A stretch of 64,000 nucleotides of DNA from Monocercomonoides exilis PA203 (Eukaryota; Protista; Preaxostyla), in contig LSRY02000019.1 in assembly GCA_001643675.2 (NCBI GenBank), forward strand, positions 186,001-250,000, read 5' to 3'. The notes beneath the pieces are model-generated. The model saw nothing but the letters and a program-made list of their open reading frames with translations, did not search any database and was not told the origin of the DNA. Positions within the stretch are counted from its first letter, which is position 1. Each line of letters opens with the position of its first letter. The position numbers and the translations under genes were made by a program. Shown in pieces: positions 1 through 10,645 of the stretch.

Positions 1-552
1 AAAGAAAAATTAGTTATCTTCACTGCTTTTTTTCATTGGCGATGATTTCATCGGTTGAAAAATTTCGTTGTTTCGAATGTTCGTTGCACATGTTCTCTAT
101 AAGTGAGGCACTTCTAATTCTTTTTATTCTTTCTCTGGAAAAAGCATTCGATTCTGACTTTTTTTCTTATAGCTTTTCTATCTCAAATTGATTCAAAAAA
201 ATATATAGCTTCTCAAATAATCTATCATCTTCACACAAATCATATGCCTGAATATTTTGATTTCTCAGCCAAACTGCAATTTCGACATCTAACTTTGCAT
301 CATCCAAATTATTTCTGTTCCTATTTGCACATTGCTTCCACTGCCTTTTAATTCTTCCGAAAAACCATCAACAGGAATCCGTTTCTTTGCCAATCTTTCA
401 TTAAATGCAATTTCTTCTATCGTTTCAACATTTTTGATTGGTGTTATGACTTCAATTCTGTCAATAGCACCTTGATATCCTCTGTCTCCCATGACTTTCT
501 AATGTTTAATTCCTTCATCCAACCCATATTTTTCTCTTTCGTATTCTGATAT

Positions 553-820
553 GGGGGAAAATACGGACTTTCAAGCTTTTTTTGCACAAAGCAAGAAAAA
601 ATTGCTTCACTCATAACTTTATTTTTGTTTCTCAGATTTCAAAACAAATTTTATTTTCAAATCCGTAAACAGGCATCGTTGAAATTAAATCATCAAGTTT
701 TCCAATATTTCACGAATGTCAAAAAATGGACACATTTTTATTGTGTTTTTTGATCTTAAAAAGTCAATGAAAAGTGCATTATTTTTTTCTGAAAATGCTT
801 GAAGCAAAATATTTTTCCCC
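553..820. mobile_element. MITE (268 bp) with imperfect ~30-bp terminal inverted repeats
   Basis: Left end GGGGGAAAATACGGACTTTCAAGCTTTTT; right end reverse-complement GGGGAAAAATATTTTGCTTCAAGCATTTT. ATAT on both flanks (549-552, 821-824). Removal restores the transposase frame L-H-I-S-E-Y. Confidence 0.85.
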
Positions 821-1358
821 ATATATGTAAATATTCTAACAACGGCTGCAAGTCTCGTTTGAACAATGAGAAATCATGGATGCGACACTCTACAACTTTC
901 GAAGCAAACAATGCTTCAAAAGGATAGCAAGCAGCAACTGCAACCTGGATTTTTAATCCATAAACTTTCTTATGCCCATCGCAGAGCAACTTCTGATTTT
1001 CAATACTGCTAGCTTGGTTGTCTGTTCTTATTGACGTTGCATCTACAAGTAGTGCAAATGTACCAAAAGATTCGTCTGTATCAGAATATTTACGTCTTCT
1101 TTTCTCCATGTTCATTTTTAACAAAACTTTTTACAGGAGTGGATGCATATGAATTATTGCATCAGAAATTATGTGGCTGCTTCTGTAAAACAAAAGCCCA
1201 ATTCTTGTTTGTGTTGTTCCAGAAGACAGCCATTCGATGAAATAAAGTATTTTGTCAGTAAGCGATAAGGAACCTTTTGGTCCTTTTTTCGGAGTCTGGC
1301 TTGTTTCGTTTTCTTGTTCGCAAATGATGCTGAATATTTGTTTTTCAGTTTATTTATA

Positions 1359-1808
1359 CAGTCTAAACCGGATATAATCACATCGGTTTTTGCACAACTT
1401 TTTGTGACTATATCCGATTGTGATTATACACGATGCTGTTTAACACAGGAAAAATTAAAAATAAATTTTTAAAATAATTAAAATTGGGTAGATTTTTTTA
1501 TTTTTGGAAATTCTTCACAAAAACACATTTTTCAATTAAAATAACAATTTTTTATGTTTGATTATGTTATTTTGACTTATTTAAACAAAATTTTGAAAAA
1601 GCGAAAAATCGGATTTTTTGATCAAAAAATCGATTTTTCATTGAAAAAATCACCCATAATAATAAAAACTGTGATTATATATTTGCAGCCCTGTGATTAT
1701 ATACGATGGAAAATGAATGAAAAACAAGCAAAAAATGTCGGTGCATGGAAAAATGTGACTATAGGCGAATGTGATTATATTCGACGTGATTATATCCGGT
1801 TTAGACTG
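1359..1808. mobile_element. pogo/Tigger-like MITE (450 bp), TA target-site duplication
   Basis: Perfect 23-bp TIR CAGTCTAAACCGGATATAATCAC at both ends, with TA at 1357-58 and 1809-10. Internal GTGA(T/C)TATA repeats. Removal rejoins the host transposase frame. Confidence 0.93.
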
Positions 1809-2569
1809 TATCTATCAAATGATTTTTGTTTGCTTAAGTGATCAAATAGCTGTCCCTCTGGCTCAGGATCTGATAATTCTCTAATTTCAGTGTTCACAAT
1901 TTTCTTTTCAACGCTATCTTTATGTTAATCAGCTTTTCGAAAAGCCAAATCAAACGTGTCGTTTGTTTCTTTTCTGTAAACATCAGATCATTCAAAAAAA
2001 AAATTTTTTTTTTATTTGCATTATTCAAACAAGAACCTTTCCATTTTATTTTTTGCTATTGAAAAAGATTGAATTGAGGGATGTTCCTGAACTTCAATTG
2101 GACCAAATACATATGAACGCTGAGAAGCAGATATGGAAGCTGAAGGCTGGTATGAGAGTGCTTGAGAAGAGAAGTTTATATCAAACTGAGATGGAGATTG
2201 AATATTGCTTTGAACGGAGTTCATTCGTGAACTGTGTTCAGAGCAATATCATTTAATAATAAACAAAAAATAAATAATTTGTAAATTACCATAAAGACAA
2301 CGAACAAAGAATACTACAGACTAAATATTTGGATCAATTCGAGGAAGCATACTCATTTCCAGTTATTAAACTAATATCAAAACAAACTGATAAAAGAAAA
2401 GCCTTTTTAACGTATGGTGATGTCTTCTATTTATACATATTGGCCTAATGCGAAAAAATGGGTCTTTTTCGAAAAACATATGACTTTTTGGTTACAACTC
2501 GTTCTTATTCGAAATAGCACTAGTTACACTCAAATGGTTTTTCTTTTCGTAAAATATCTATTGATCACT

Positions 2570-2570
<1 letters not shown>

Positions 2571-2613
<43 letters not shown>
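2571..2613 (+). repeat. poly(A) tract
   Basis: About 43 consecutive A. Confidence 0.95.
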
Positions 2614-2616
<3 letters not shown>

Positions 2617-3537
2617 AAAAATTCCTTAATTCCTAGTTTTTCATGATCCATAAATGAAATTTTCACTTCATAATGACTCAGTAATATTATATATATATTT
2701 AGCTTTATTGTGAATTTTGTGTTTATCAATTCTTATTTGAATTCCCAAATAATTTCAATATACCATTTTCCTTGCTCCATTTCGTTTATGTCAGATTTGT
2801 CGTTATTTTTGAATCCATAAACGTTTATTAAACACAAATTTCTAATCATCAAATGAAACATTTTTACAATAAGTATTTTTTATGAAGTGACTTTGGTAAA
2901 ATGTTTATCAAAGGCTTTTGAATAACATCAGTGAGTTATAAAAATGAAGTTAAAAATACAAAATTAATAAATAAGTATGAAAAGATTAATTAATTGATAG
3001 GCAAATATATTTGAGGAAGTTATTTAAATATATAAAAAAAATTATTTTTGATAGAAACTTGTTTTGAAAATGAAAATCACAGTTGAATGGAAAATAAAAA
3101 TGAATTCATGAAAAAAGTCACTCAAAAATTAATTACAAGAAACTTGTCTTTGAAATTTATTGAAAATGTATTTTAAAATAAATCTTAGAATCACATTTTC
3201 TTTGAAATCAAACATTCATCATAATTGAAAAAAGCACATGCGAATTTTTGCCAAACAGATTCTGGATCGAATCTTAAACGCAGTAGACGCTTTCTTAATC
3301 GTTAGAACAGTCTTCAAAAAGAAAACAAGCTCACAAAATTACTTGAATTAGAAGAACAAGATGCAACTTCGCTGATTTCGAATGCATTTTGATTCTAATC
3401 ATGATCAGTTATTTGGGAAGCACAAACATAGTGTTCCTTTCAACCAATTTCTTTCCAGATTGGTTGTTCCCATCATAATTTCATCTATTTTTGAAAGCGA
3501 ATTAAAAATCTTTCAAGTTGGGTTATCCTTTCAAACC

Positions 3538-6500
3538 TCACAATTTTACAAAAGCATTATCATTTGAACTTCTCTTTTTTGCAAATGCTTGTCCAATTAC
3601 AACAAATATTACAATGAAACAAGCAGCAGCAACAAATACAATCCACCATGGAAACATATTTGATGTGGATTTTGCTTGACTAATTCTTTCATTGCTGTTC
3701 GAAATTACATCTTGCAACATAACAGGATCTGTCTTCACCACTTGGGTTATTCTTCGCCGGGAATCATAAATTTCGTCCTCCTTCAATTTCAATACTGCTT
3801 GCACAAAAATTTGAGCTTTTAATGAATTGAAAGTGAATTTAAGTTGAGATTTTGATGCTTCCACAATAAATTCCTCTTGGCTCACAAAGGTACAAGTTAT
3901 AAACGGTAAAGATATTATTTCTTTCTCTGAAGAAGAATTTGAACCGTATAAAATAAAAACCTCATAAGATACGAGACATGGAAGAAGATTATTTCCAATA
4001 AAATGAATCATCATTTTGTCTCCCTTTTCGCTTCTTGTAATCTCAGAAATATGAGGTCTGCAAAATAGATAGGCTTTTTGTGGAAATTCTCGTAATACTG
4101 TCTCTGCTGTTTCAATATCTTCTATTGGATTCCAATTAATCAGCCCACTAACTGTACACTCTCTGTTTTGCATCCAGAGTTCCGGATACTCTCCTTCACG
4201 AAGATTATCGGGATTTCGATTTCCGGATTCATCTGAAAACGAAACAATTGACAGAGAGCTATTTTCACATAAAATGTTTCTTCGAACAGAATTGAACTGG
4301 GAAGAGTTTGCTGTGTTGTTCAGAAAAGTTACATTCTTCAGATTAATTTCTCCATCTCTCACAGACAAGGCACCAGTAGAAGAATTTGCAAAAGTTGTTA
4401 ATTCAATTGAAGAGCTACAATTCCTGAGATATAAAAGCGATCCTTCAAATTGGCAACAAATTTGTCGTTCATTTTGATTTTCTCCGTTGCGAACAATGCT
4501 CCGCAAATAGCCGATTCCAGACATTGTGCAATTAGTCATTTTCACAGTGCTGTTTGAGACGTTGATTAGAATGCCATGAGCAGCAAAATTATTATTGACA
4601 CAAAGCATTGAATCTGAAATTGATACATTTACGAATTCCAGCCTCAAAAGCGAATCATGTCCAATTTTTGTAATATTTCTTAAAAAGAAACTTGAAATTG
4701 AAATATTTGGTTTGATTGAAGGTATTGAAGATGTTCTATTGATTATCAAAGACGAATTTAACGTTACATTCTCAAAGAAAACATTGTCAGCTTGAAATGC
4801 ATTGAATTCCCTGCCAAAAGCAAAAACCGAGATAAATTGAAAATTTGAATCAAAGTAATTGAATGTGCTGACTTTAAATGTGCCACCTTGAATATAAAAA
4901 ATGCAATTATTGCTTGCTGAAGATAATTGCTCAATGCCAGATTTATAATCAGAACTCAAAATAGCATTAGAATTTGCGGTTGCAAATTCACATGCTCCAC
5001 TAAAAATAGTTTTATGAAATGTGACATTCTCAACCATGGTTTCACCTGCTTTCACTGTTGCAAAAGTGAAGCTGACAGCTTGAGATAATGATGAGACTGT
5101 AATATTCGCCAACAAAAATTTGTGATACGATTCAAAAACAGCATTGTATCCCTTAATTCTTGAAGGAAGAATAAATTGAATGCCACAAAATTCAGTATCA
5201 ACGTCTAATTTAATTAAGCTTCCATTTGCAGATTCATTCAAAGCAACAATGTTTATTACTGCCTGATTTCCATTAAACCCTTCAATTCGAACACGATTCC
5301 TTTCGAATAATGCATTGTCTGTCAGGCTAGATTGATTACAGACGCTGATAACAGGAGTATCGCCTCGCTTCATAAGAGCATATTCAATTGTTTCGCATGC
5401 AAACTTCAACAAACCGCAATGAGGATAATCTGTTCCTTTCCCTCTGCTTCCATCAACAAAGACTGCGGATTCAGTTTCACACAAATACACAAACAACGGG
5501 AATATGTTATCTTCAGTTCCATTTTCAGTTCCGCACAATTTCCTCGGATCCAAAGGAATGGTTGAAGCGTCAAAGAATTCAAATGAATTTCTACTAATCT
5601 TCGTTTCAAGCAATATTCCAATACCGCATTTAACAAAAACATCTTTTCCAAACATCGCTTCATTTTGATTATCCTCTGAAAATCTCACTTGCGATCCAAT
5701 CATCAATTTGCACGTTTCGCCTTCTAAATATACCATCATCCCTCCTCCTCTTCCTCCCAACATTGCTCTACCATCCGAAACACATCCTTCAAATCTTGAG
5801 GTTCCGTTAATAATCGCTATTCCACTCTCTTGCACATCAACATACACTCCGCCTCCATTTCCTTCTTTGCACGAACACCATTCCATTGTTGTATTCCACA
5901 TAACAAATGTCTCTCCTCCCTTCACGCTTTTTGCCATTGCAATACCATCTCCTGTTGTCCGGTTCACATTTCGAATTGTAACATTTCCCAGCAAACTTTC
6001 TCCTGCTGTTGATCCTGCTGATGATGGTTCGGCAAATAATGGTTGATTCATTTTTAGATTTTTTATTTCAACATTACACATCCTCAACTGAGACAGTGCT
6101 ATCACAAATATCGATGACGAGATTGTACTACCTCCTGATGTTGAAGAATTGATCACCACATCATCCAGCGAAAGTGTTCCGCTTCCCACAGACACCATAA
6201 ACACATTCGGTGAAAAATCTTTTTCAGAGTTGTGATCAATCCCCAAATGCTTTACCTCTAACTTCCCACTCGTCAGACTGAAAAGCGTTGTTGAAGATGA
6301 AGAAAGCTCTCGCGTCCCAATTACGCTCGTCTCCTTCCCTCTTCCTGTTATTATTATCCGCTTTTCTCCAACATTGATTGTTGCCCCTTCACTTGCATGC
6401 TTCCCACCAAGCACAGTGATTGTCGAGCTCAGTTGTGACATGCTCGACACTACAGCATGCCCCGCTGTCTTGCAAGGTGTTGACTCGGTCTTCCCACACA

Positions 6501-8175
6501 GACTGCTCGAGTCACTTCCACTCACCCCAACATACCGATCCTTCATCACTTCCTTCAACCATTCCTTCTTTTCTGTGTGCTGATACACCCAATTGCTTCC
6601 ATTTAAAAATTGGAAATGAATTCTCCTTTCATCGCTATTGGTTGTGTATGATTCATAGAATGGATTGTTTGAAGAAATGAGATTATTATTATCAATAAAA
6701 AGCACATCGTGGCCATATGGAATGGAATTTGTGCATATACAATCGTGGAAGAAGAAGAAATAGAAATAAATGTTGTTTCTTGGAGCTGTTGATTGACTTG
6801 GATAAAAATACAATCCTCCGCCAGTTGATGTTGCGTTGCACGAAATAAACTGGAGGCTCCTCATTTTGAATGCAGCCGGAACATTAACACAATTCATCCC
6901 TCCGCCACCAGTGCTCGAGAGTGTACATGAAGTGAAAGAGCATTCAAAAATACACGCGCTCTCCCCGTTGCCACTTTCTGTTTCAATACATCCAGATTCC
7001 GAAACCTGAAAATTGTTAAGATAAAGGCCTCCTCCTGAGCTAAATGCTCTACATTTCCAGAATTCGCAACCACCAATTCTGACACACGACGAAATTGATT
7101 CAGCAAGCATTCCTCCTCCAGCAAAATTTTGAGAAGAGGATGCATTGAACGAGTTGTTCTCAATCCTGATGGAATTTATTGAAATACACAATATTCCTCC
7201 ACCACAATAATGTGCATAGCAGTTGTTGAAGGAACAATGAGTTACTGAAAGCTTTCCAGAAAAAAGATTAGACATGCAAATTGCCCCGCCGCTTGATATT
7301 CCATCTGAATGATCATAATTTGTCCCAGTTGTTTTCGACCCGTTCCATTCGCACCAAATAAACGAATTGGTCCCATTTTCTGTTGCGCTATATCTCCCCA
7401 GTTTTAATGGTACCTCTGCATTTCCAGTAAAATCAACGTTTTTTGTACGACAACACCCAATGAATGAAGTGTTTGAGGCTATCAAAGAGGCATAGGGGTT
7501 GTTGAGTGAAGGAACAATCCCGCCATCATACACATCGCAAATCGATGAGAACGAGCAGCTGCTCATAAAACATGTTGTTTGAGCTGACGTAGTGGTTGCA
7601 GATGAGCATGCCTCATTTGCTGTTGAGATGTTGAAAAATGTCAAATGGGAGAGGGATATAAGGGGAATAGAAGGGGACGACAGGAATGGAGCTGATGAGA
7701 CACAAAAAGAAGAGAAGTGTGATTCACTCACCGAAATGCTCCCTTCAATGCCTTCTCCATCTCCATCTCCTTCTCTTCCTCTTCCATTTTCTCCTCCTTT
7801 TTCTTCACCTCCACCCTTCTCCCCTCCATATCCCTTCCCTCCAAATAGCCTTCCTGAGTATATCTCTCCCCCTCTTCCCCACCCTTTCAATGTGATGTTT
7901 GTCAACACCCCAATGCTCCCACTCAAATCAAATGCCCCTGCCCCATCATCCTTCCCCATCCCTATAACACATCCCCTCACCACAATCATACTTCCCCTCA
8001 AGCCACGCACCACACTCCCACGCTCATGCCTCGTCAGTGTTATCCCCTTCAACTCAACCGAAGAATTACATGCACAAACACACCCACCAACCACACTTCT
8101 TTTTAACCCTCCATCCAAGCACACACTTATTCCCAAAATACTCATAATTATCGCCATACGCATTATTTTAATCAT
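3538..8175 (-). CDS. Large type-I membrane/surface protein, pectin-lyase-like (Pmp-like) beta-helix repeat family of oxymonads
   Basis: 1545-aa ORF with an N-terminal hydrophobic signal and repeated FxxC...GGG/GGA motifs. Two 'G.D...CG....(P/A)C.T..(H/Y)A' modules. C-terminal TM helix WWIVFVAAACFIVIFVVIG followed by KKR. Confidence 0.85.
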   Translation of the reverse strand: MIKIMRMAIIMSILGISVCLDGGLKRSVVGGCVCACNSSVELKGITLTRHERGSVVRGLRGSMIVVRGCVIGMGKDDGAGAFDLSGSIGVLTNITLKGWGRGGEIYSGRLFGGKGYGGEKGGGEEKGGENGRGREGDGDGEGIEGSISVSESHFSSFCVSSAPFLSSPSIPLISLSHLTFFNISTANEACSSATTTSAQTTCFMSSCSFSSICDVYDGGIVPSLNNPYASLIASNTSFIGCCRTKNVDFTGNAEVPLKLGRYSATENGTNSFIWCEWNGSKTTGTNYDHSDGISSGGAICMSNLFSGKLSVTHCSFNNCYAHYCGGGILCISINSIRIENNSFNASSSQNFAGGGMLAESISSCVRIGGCEFWKCRAFSSGGGLYLNNFQVSESGCIETESGNGESACIFECSFTSCTLSSTGGGGMNCVNVPAAFKMRSLQFISCNATSTGGGLYFYPSQSTAPRNNIYFYFFFFHDCICTNSIPYGHDVLFIDNNNLISSNNPFYESYTTNSDERRIHFQFLNGSNWVYQHTEKKEWLKEVMKDRYVGVSGSDSSSLCGKTESTPCKTAGHAVVSSMSQLSSTITVLGGKHASEGATINVGEKRIIITGRGKETSVIGTRELSSSSTTLFSLTSGKLEVKHLGIDHNSEKDFSPNVFMVSVGSGTLSLDDVVINSSTSGGSTISSSIFVIALSQLRMCNVEIKNLKMNQPLFAEPSSAGSTAGESLLGNVTIRNVNRTTGDGIAMAKSVKGGETFVMWNTTMEWCSCKEGNGGGVYVDVQESGIAIINGTSRFEGCVSDGRAMLGGRGGGMMVYLEGETCKLMIGSQVRFSEDNQNEAMFGKDVFVKCGIGILLETKISRNSFEFFDASTIPLDPRKLCGTENGTEDNIFPLFVYLCETESAVFVDGSRGKGTDYPHCGLLKFACETIEYALMKRGDTPVISVCNQSSLTDNALFERNRVRIEGFNGNQAVINIVALNESANGSLIKLDVDTEFCGIQFILPSRIKGYNAVFESYHKFLLANITVSSLSQAVSFTFATVKAGETMVENVTFHKTIFSGACEFATANSNAILSSDYKSGIEQLSSASNNCIFYIQGGTFKVSTFNYFDSNFQFISVFAFGREFNAFQADNVFFENVTLNSSLIINRTSSIPSIKPNISISSFFLRNITKIGHDSLLRLEFVNVSISDSMLCVNNNFAAHGILINVSNSTVKMTNCTMSGIGYLRSIVRNGENQNERQICCQFEGSLLYLRNCSSSIELTTFANSSTGALSVRDGEINLKNVTFLNNTANSSQFNSVRRNILCENSSLSIVSFSDESGNRNPDNLREGEYPELWMQNRECTVSGLINWNPIEDIETAETVLREFPQKAYLFCRPHISEITRSEKGDKMMIHFIGNNLLPCLVSYEVFILYGSNSSSEKEIISLPFITCTFVSQEEFIVEASKSQLKFTFNSLKAQIFVQAVLKLKEDEIYDSRRRITQVVKTDPVMLQDVISNSNERISQAKSTSNMFPWWIVFVAAACFIVIFVVIGQAFAKKRSSNDNAFVKL

Positions 8176-9514
8176 TATCTTGTTATTAACAAGATAAAAT
8201 CAAATTGATTTTCTTGTTGATCTTGATGGATCATGTTCCCTTCATTATTAAAAATTTCAAAGGATAAAAAATAATGACAGTCAATTATTATATGTCATAT
8301 AGCGAGGCTTATTCGTCATTATTTTATAACTTCATTTTCATAACCACATTTTTTTTTTCGTTGATTATTCTCAAAATAAAAATCTATAAGTTTAGAAGTT
8401 CAAATAAACCATATTTTCTTTCATTTTCTTGCTTAGAAGAAAGTATTAGAAATTCAGTTGCAGCAAAGAAACATCTTTTGGAAAAACGGATGAGAAGTGA
8501 AGTATTTGCTTGCATTTCTGTTTTTGTGTTTTTTGGGTGTTGATTATTTTTGTGATTTCCGTCAGCTCAGAGGAATACAATTAACAAAAATGAATAAACT
8601 GGGGAATATGTAATTATTCCAGCTGAAGATAGATGTCAAATTGCGAATGAAGTTAACGAAGGCAAATGATGAATACATTGGGTGTTTGTTGAAATTGTTC
8701 GAATTTTTTTGAAAAAGAGCTAAAAACGAATAGATATGAAAATAGAATCTGGATGCCCGTTTTCCAGAAAAGTCGGAGATTGAATCATTTTGAGGAAGAA
8801 AGACGAACAAAAGAATGATTAGCGAATCCGTTTGCTGAGTCATTTGAAAGGAGAAGATGTTGATGGTGTGCGAAGAGAATGGAGACAACTGAATGTTTGC
8901 CCTTTTTGATTTCTATTTGGAGAACGGAATGATAATAGATGTGAATCATAGAAAAAATGATACTACTACTTCTTCTTCTTCCTTTTCCTCCTCTTCTTTT
9001 TGGTTGTCCCGAATCTCATCATCAATTTGTTAACAATTCCGGTTATTCCATTCTTGCCAGCAACGCCATGAATTCCATTATGGAGACGATCATTATTATG
9101 ACAAAGACAACGAAGCGTACTACAGCTGAACACCAGATCTCCTCTTTTGCTGAAAAATGCTGTTTTCAAGTGTCTTTTCTGGGATATGATTCGCTTTTTC
9201 TGTCTGGTGTGGAAGGCTCCTTTTGCGGAGAGGGGAGGCTTCTAGTGCCATGATCCTTATGAGATGGTTTCACAAATTATGGATTACGATGGTATTGTGC
9301 GAGTTGCTGCATTGCATCCATTTTTCGGAGATGTTTGTGAGTGATGAAAAGAAACAGGACGACTTCTTCGATAATGTGTTTGTCTTTAGATATCTTATCA
9401 AAAAATGGCGAAAGGGCCAACAATATGTATGGAAGAGCTAGATCACCGAAATCTCAGCCAAGCGAACATATTTTTCTTCCCATTTAATCAAACGAGTCAA
9501 CAAGAATTTCTATT

Positions 9515-10480
9515 ATGTCATTCATTTTCCAATCGAAAGATCAATTTTTCTTTCATATTACATCTTCATTAACAGCCAAACAGTTTCACAACGGACACTT
9601 CTATTCAACAATACCTAAGTCCTCTTTGAATCTAGCTGCGCTGGCTTTGCCTATGTTGCAGCATCAACAACAGACAGCAAAGATACACTTGATTCACAAC
9701 ACAAACAACATCAGTTTCAGTTTGCTTTCACGTCGCTCATTTTGGATGGACGAGTGGTCATTGAAAACGTGAAAAAAAACAGAATCAGCGGCAGTGGAAA
9801 GAAGAGCAGATGAAGGAAGAGATCCTGCTGCAAATTCTATGGCTTCATCTTCCACTGAATGAAGAACCAATACAATCACGAAAGGCGCTTTACCATTCTC
9901 CATTCGTTCCGAATGCCTATTTTCCGCATCTGCCTTGCGTAGAAGTTTGCTTCATTTGTGCAGCCCAGGCTGGAACTGACAATGAAAGATGCAACGGATC
10001 ATGAAAGAAGCTCTTCTGGAAAATAGAATAACACTAATTAACGAATGAAGGCATTTGTTTTCAACGAATAGAAGATAAACTACTTCGATGAAATAAGCAG
10101 CAATCAACCATCAACAACATCAACTGGTTATTTTTCCTTGGTACCTTCTTCTATTGCTTAATTGCTTTTTCAATTCATCTCATCGTAGTTCATTTTTTCT
10201 GTCCAGGTAACTCGTTTTGGCCAAATCAGCATTCGCTGCAAAAGTGCACTTGAGTTGCATGGATGTTCAGCTGCAACGCACTTTGGGATCAGCTCTTCGA
10301 TCGACATTTCAGGTCATCATTCACGCGCAATTGGTTCCACACTCGTTGCAGGCAAAGCAAAAGTCAATGAAACAATTGCTTGAAATGACAGATGGGACAT
10401 ATGCCTTTGATGATAAAGAAATAAGCTGTTCATTCGTATCTACTCCTTCAAATACTGAATAGCCAACAATTGTTCCAGCG

Positions 10481-10511
<31 letters not shown>

Positions 10512-10645
10512 CTTCTTCTTCTTCTTCTTCTTCTTCTTCTTCTTCTTCTTCTTCTTCTTGATGTCCGTATTTCTTTATCCAATCTCCGTCAGACAACAAT
10601 GAACTCAACATCGAAACATTTCCCTCCATCTTGATTTCCTCAATA
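9515..10645 (+). pseudogene. Probable decayed fragment of a surface-protein-like gene
   Basis: Frame-hopping peptides such as FAFTSLILDGRVVIENVK (resembling VSFTFATVKAGETMVENVTF of the 3538-8175 protein) and LLEMTDGTYAFDDKEI...PTIVPATSSS. The frame appears to continue at 12656 after removing the transposon. Weak evidence. Confidence 0.35.
10482..10559 (+). repeat. (CTT)n trinucleotide microsatellite
   Basis: About 26 tandem CTT units. It produces the spurious poly-E ORF 10321-10629. Confidence 0.95.

Larger units (their letters stand above)
20..2224 (-). pseudogene. Decayed DDE_Tnp_4 (PIF/Harbinger/ISL2EU, IS5-like) transposase with N-terminal HTH, interrupted by two MITEs
   Basis: Reconstructed minus-strand peptide contains an HTH_Tnp_4-like segment (LTDKILYFIEWLSSGTTQTRIGLLF), LLVDAT, DGHKKVYGLKIQ, RIHDFSLF, MGDRGYQG and FNERLAKKRIPV. 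After a frameshift near 365 it continues FFGRIKRQW...IAVWLRN. It has several in-frame stops (e.g. KH*KVMGD, PLL*KV) and a GT-AG intron at 1974-2036 that joins in frame. Outer limits are approximate. Confidence 0.88.

Noticed and set aside
1359-1808. Repeated GTGATTATA units as a CRISPR-like array
   Set aside because: Units are about 9 bp, irregularly spaced and lie inside a TIR/TSD-bounded element in a eukaryote.
2400-2450. Possible Harbinger-like terminus (...TTGGCC|TAA) upstream of the transposase
   Set aside because: The other end would lie outside the window, so it cannot be tested.
2571-2613. Poly(A)/poly(T) tracts (also at 31617, 43223 and ~44360) as retrotransposon tails
   Set aside because: No adjacent reverse-transcriptase sequence or target-site duplication identified.
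8550-9500. Minus-strand fragments including a TM-like stretch (VVRFVVFVIIMIVSIMEFMALL)
   Set aside because: Too fragmented by stops to assign a product or boundaries.
10321-10629. 102-aa ORF with poly-Glu
   Set aside because: Antisense product of the CTT microsatellite.
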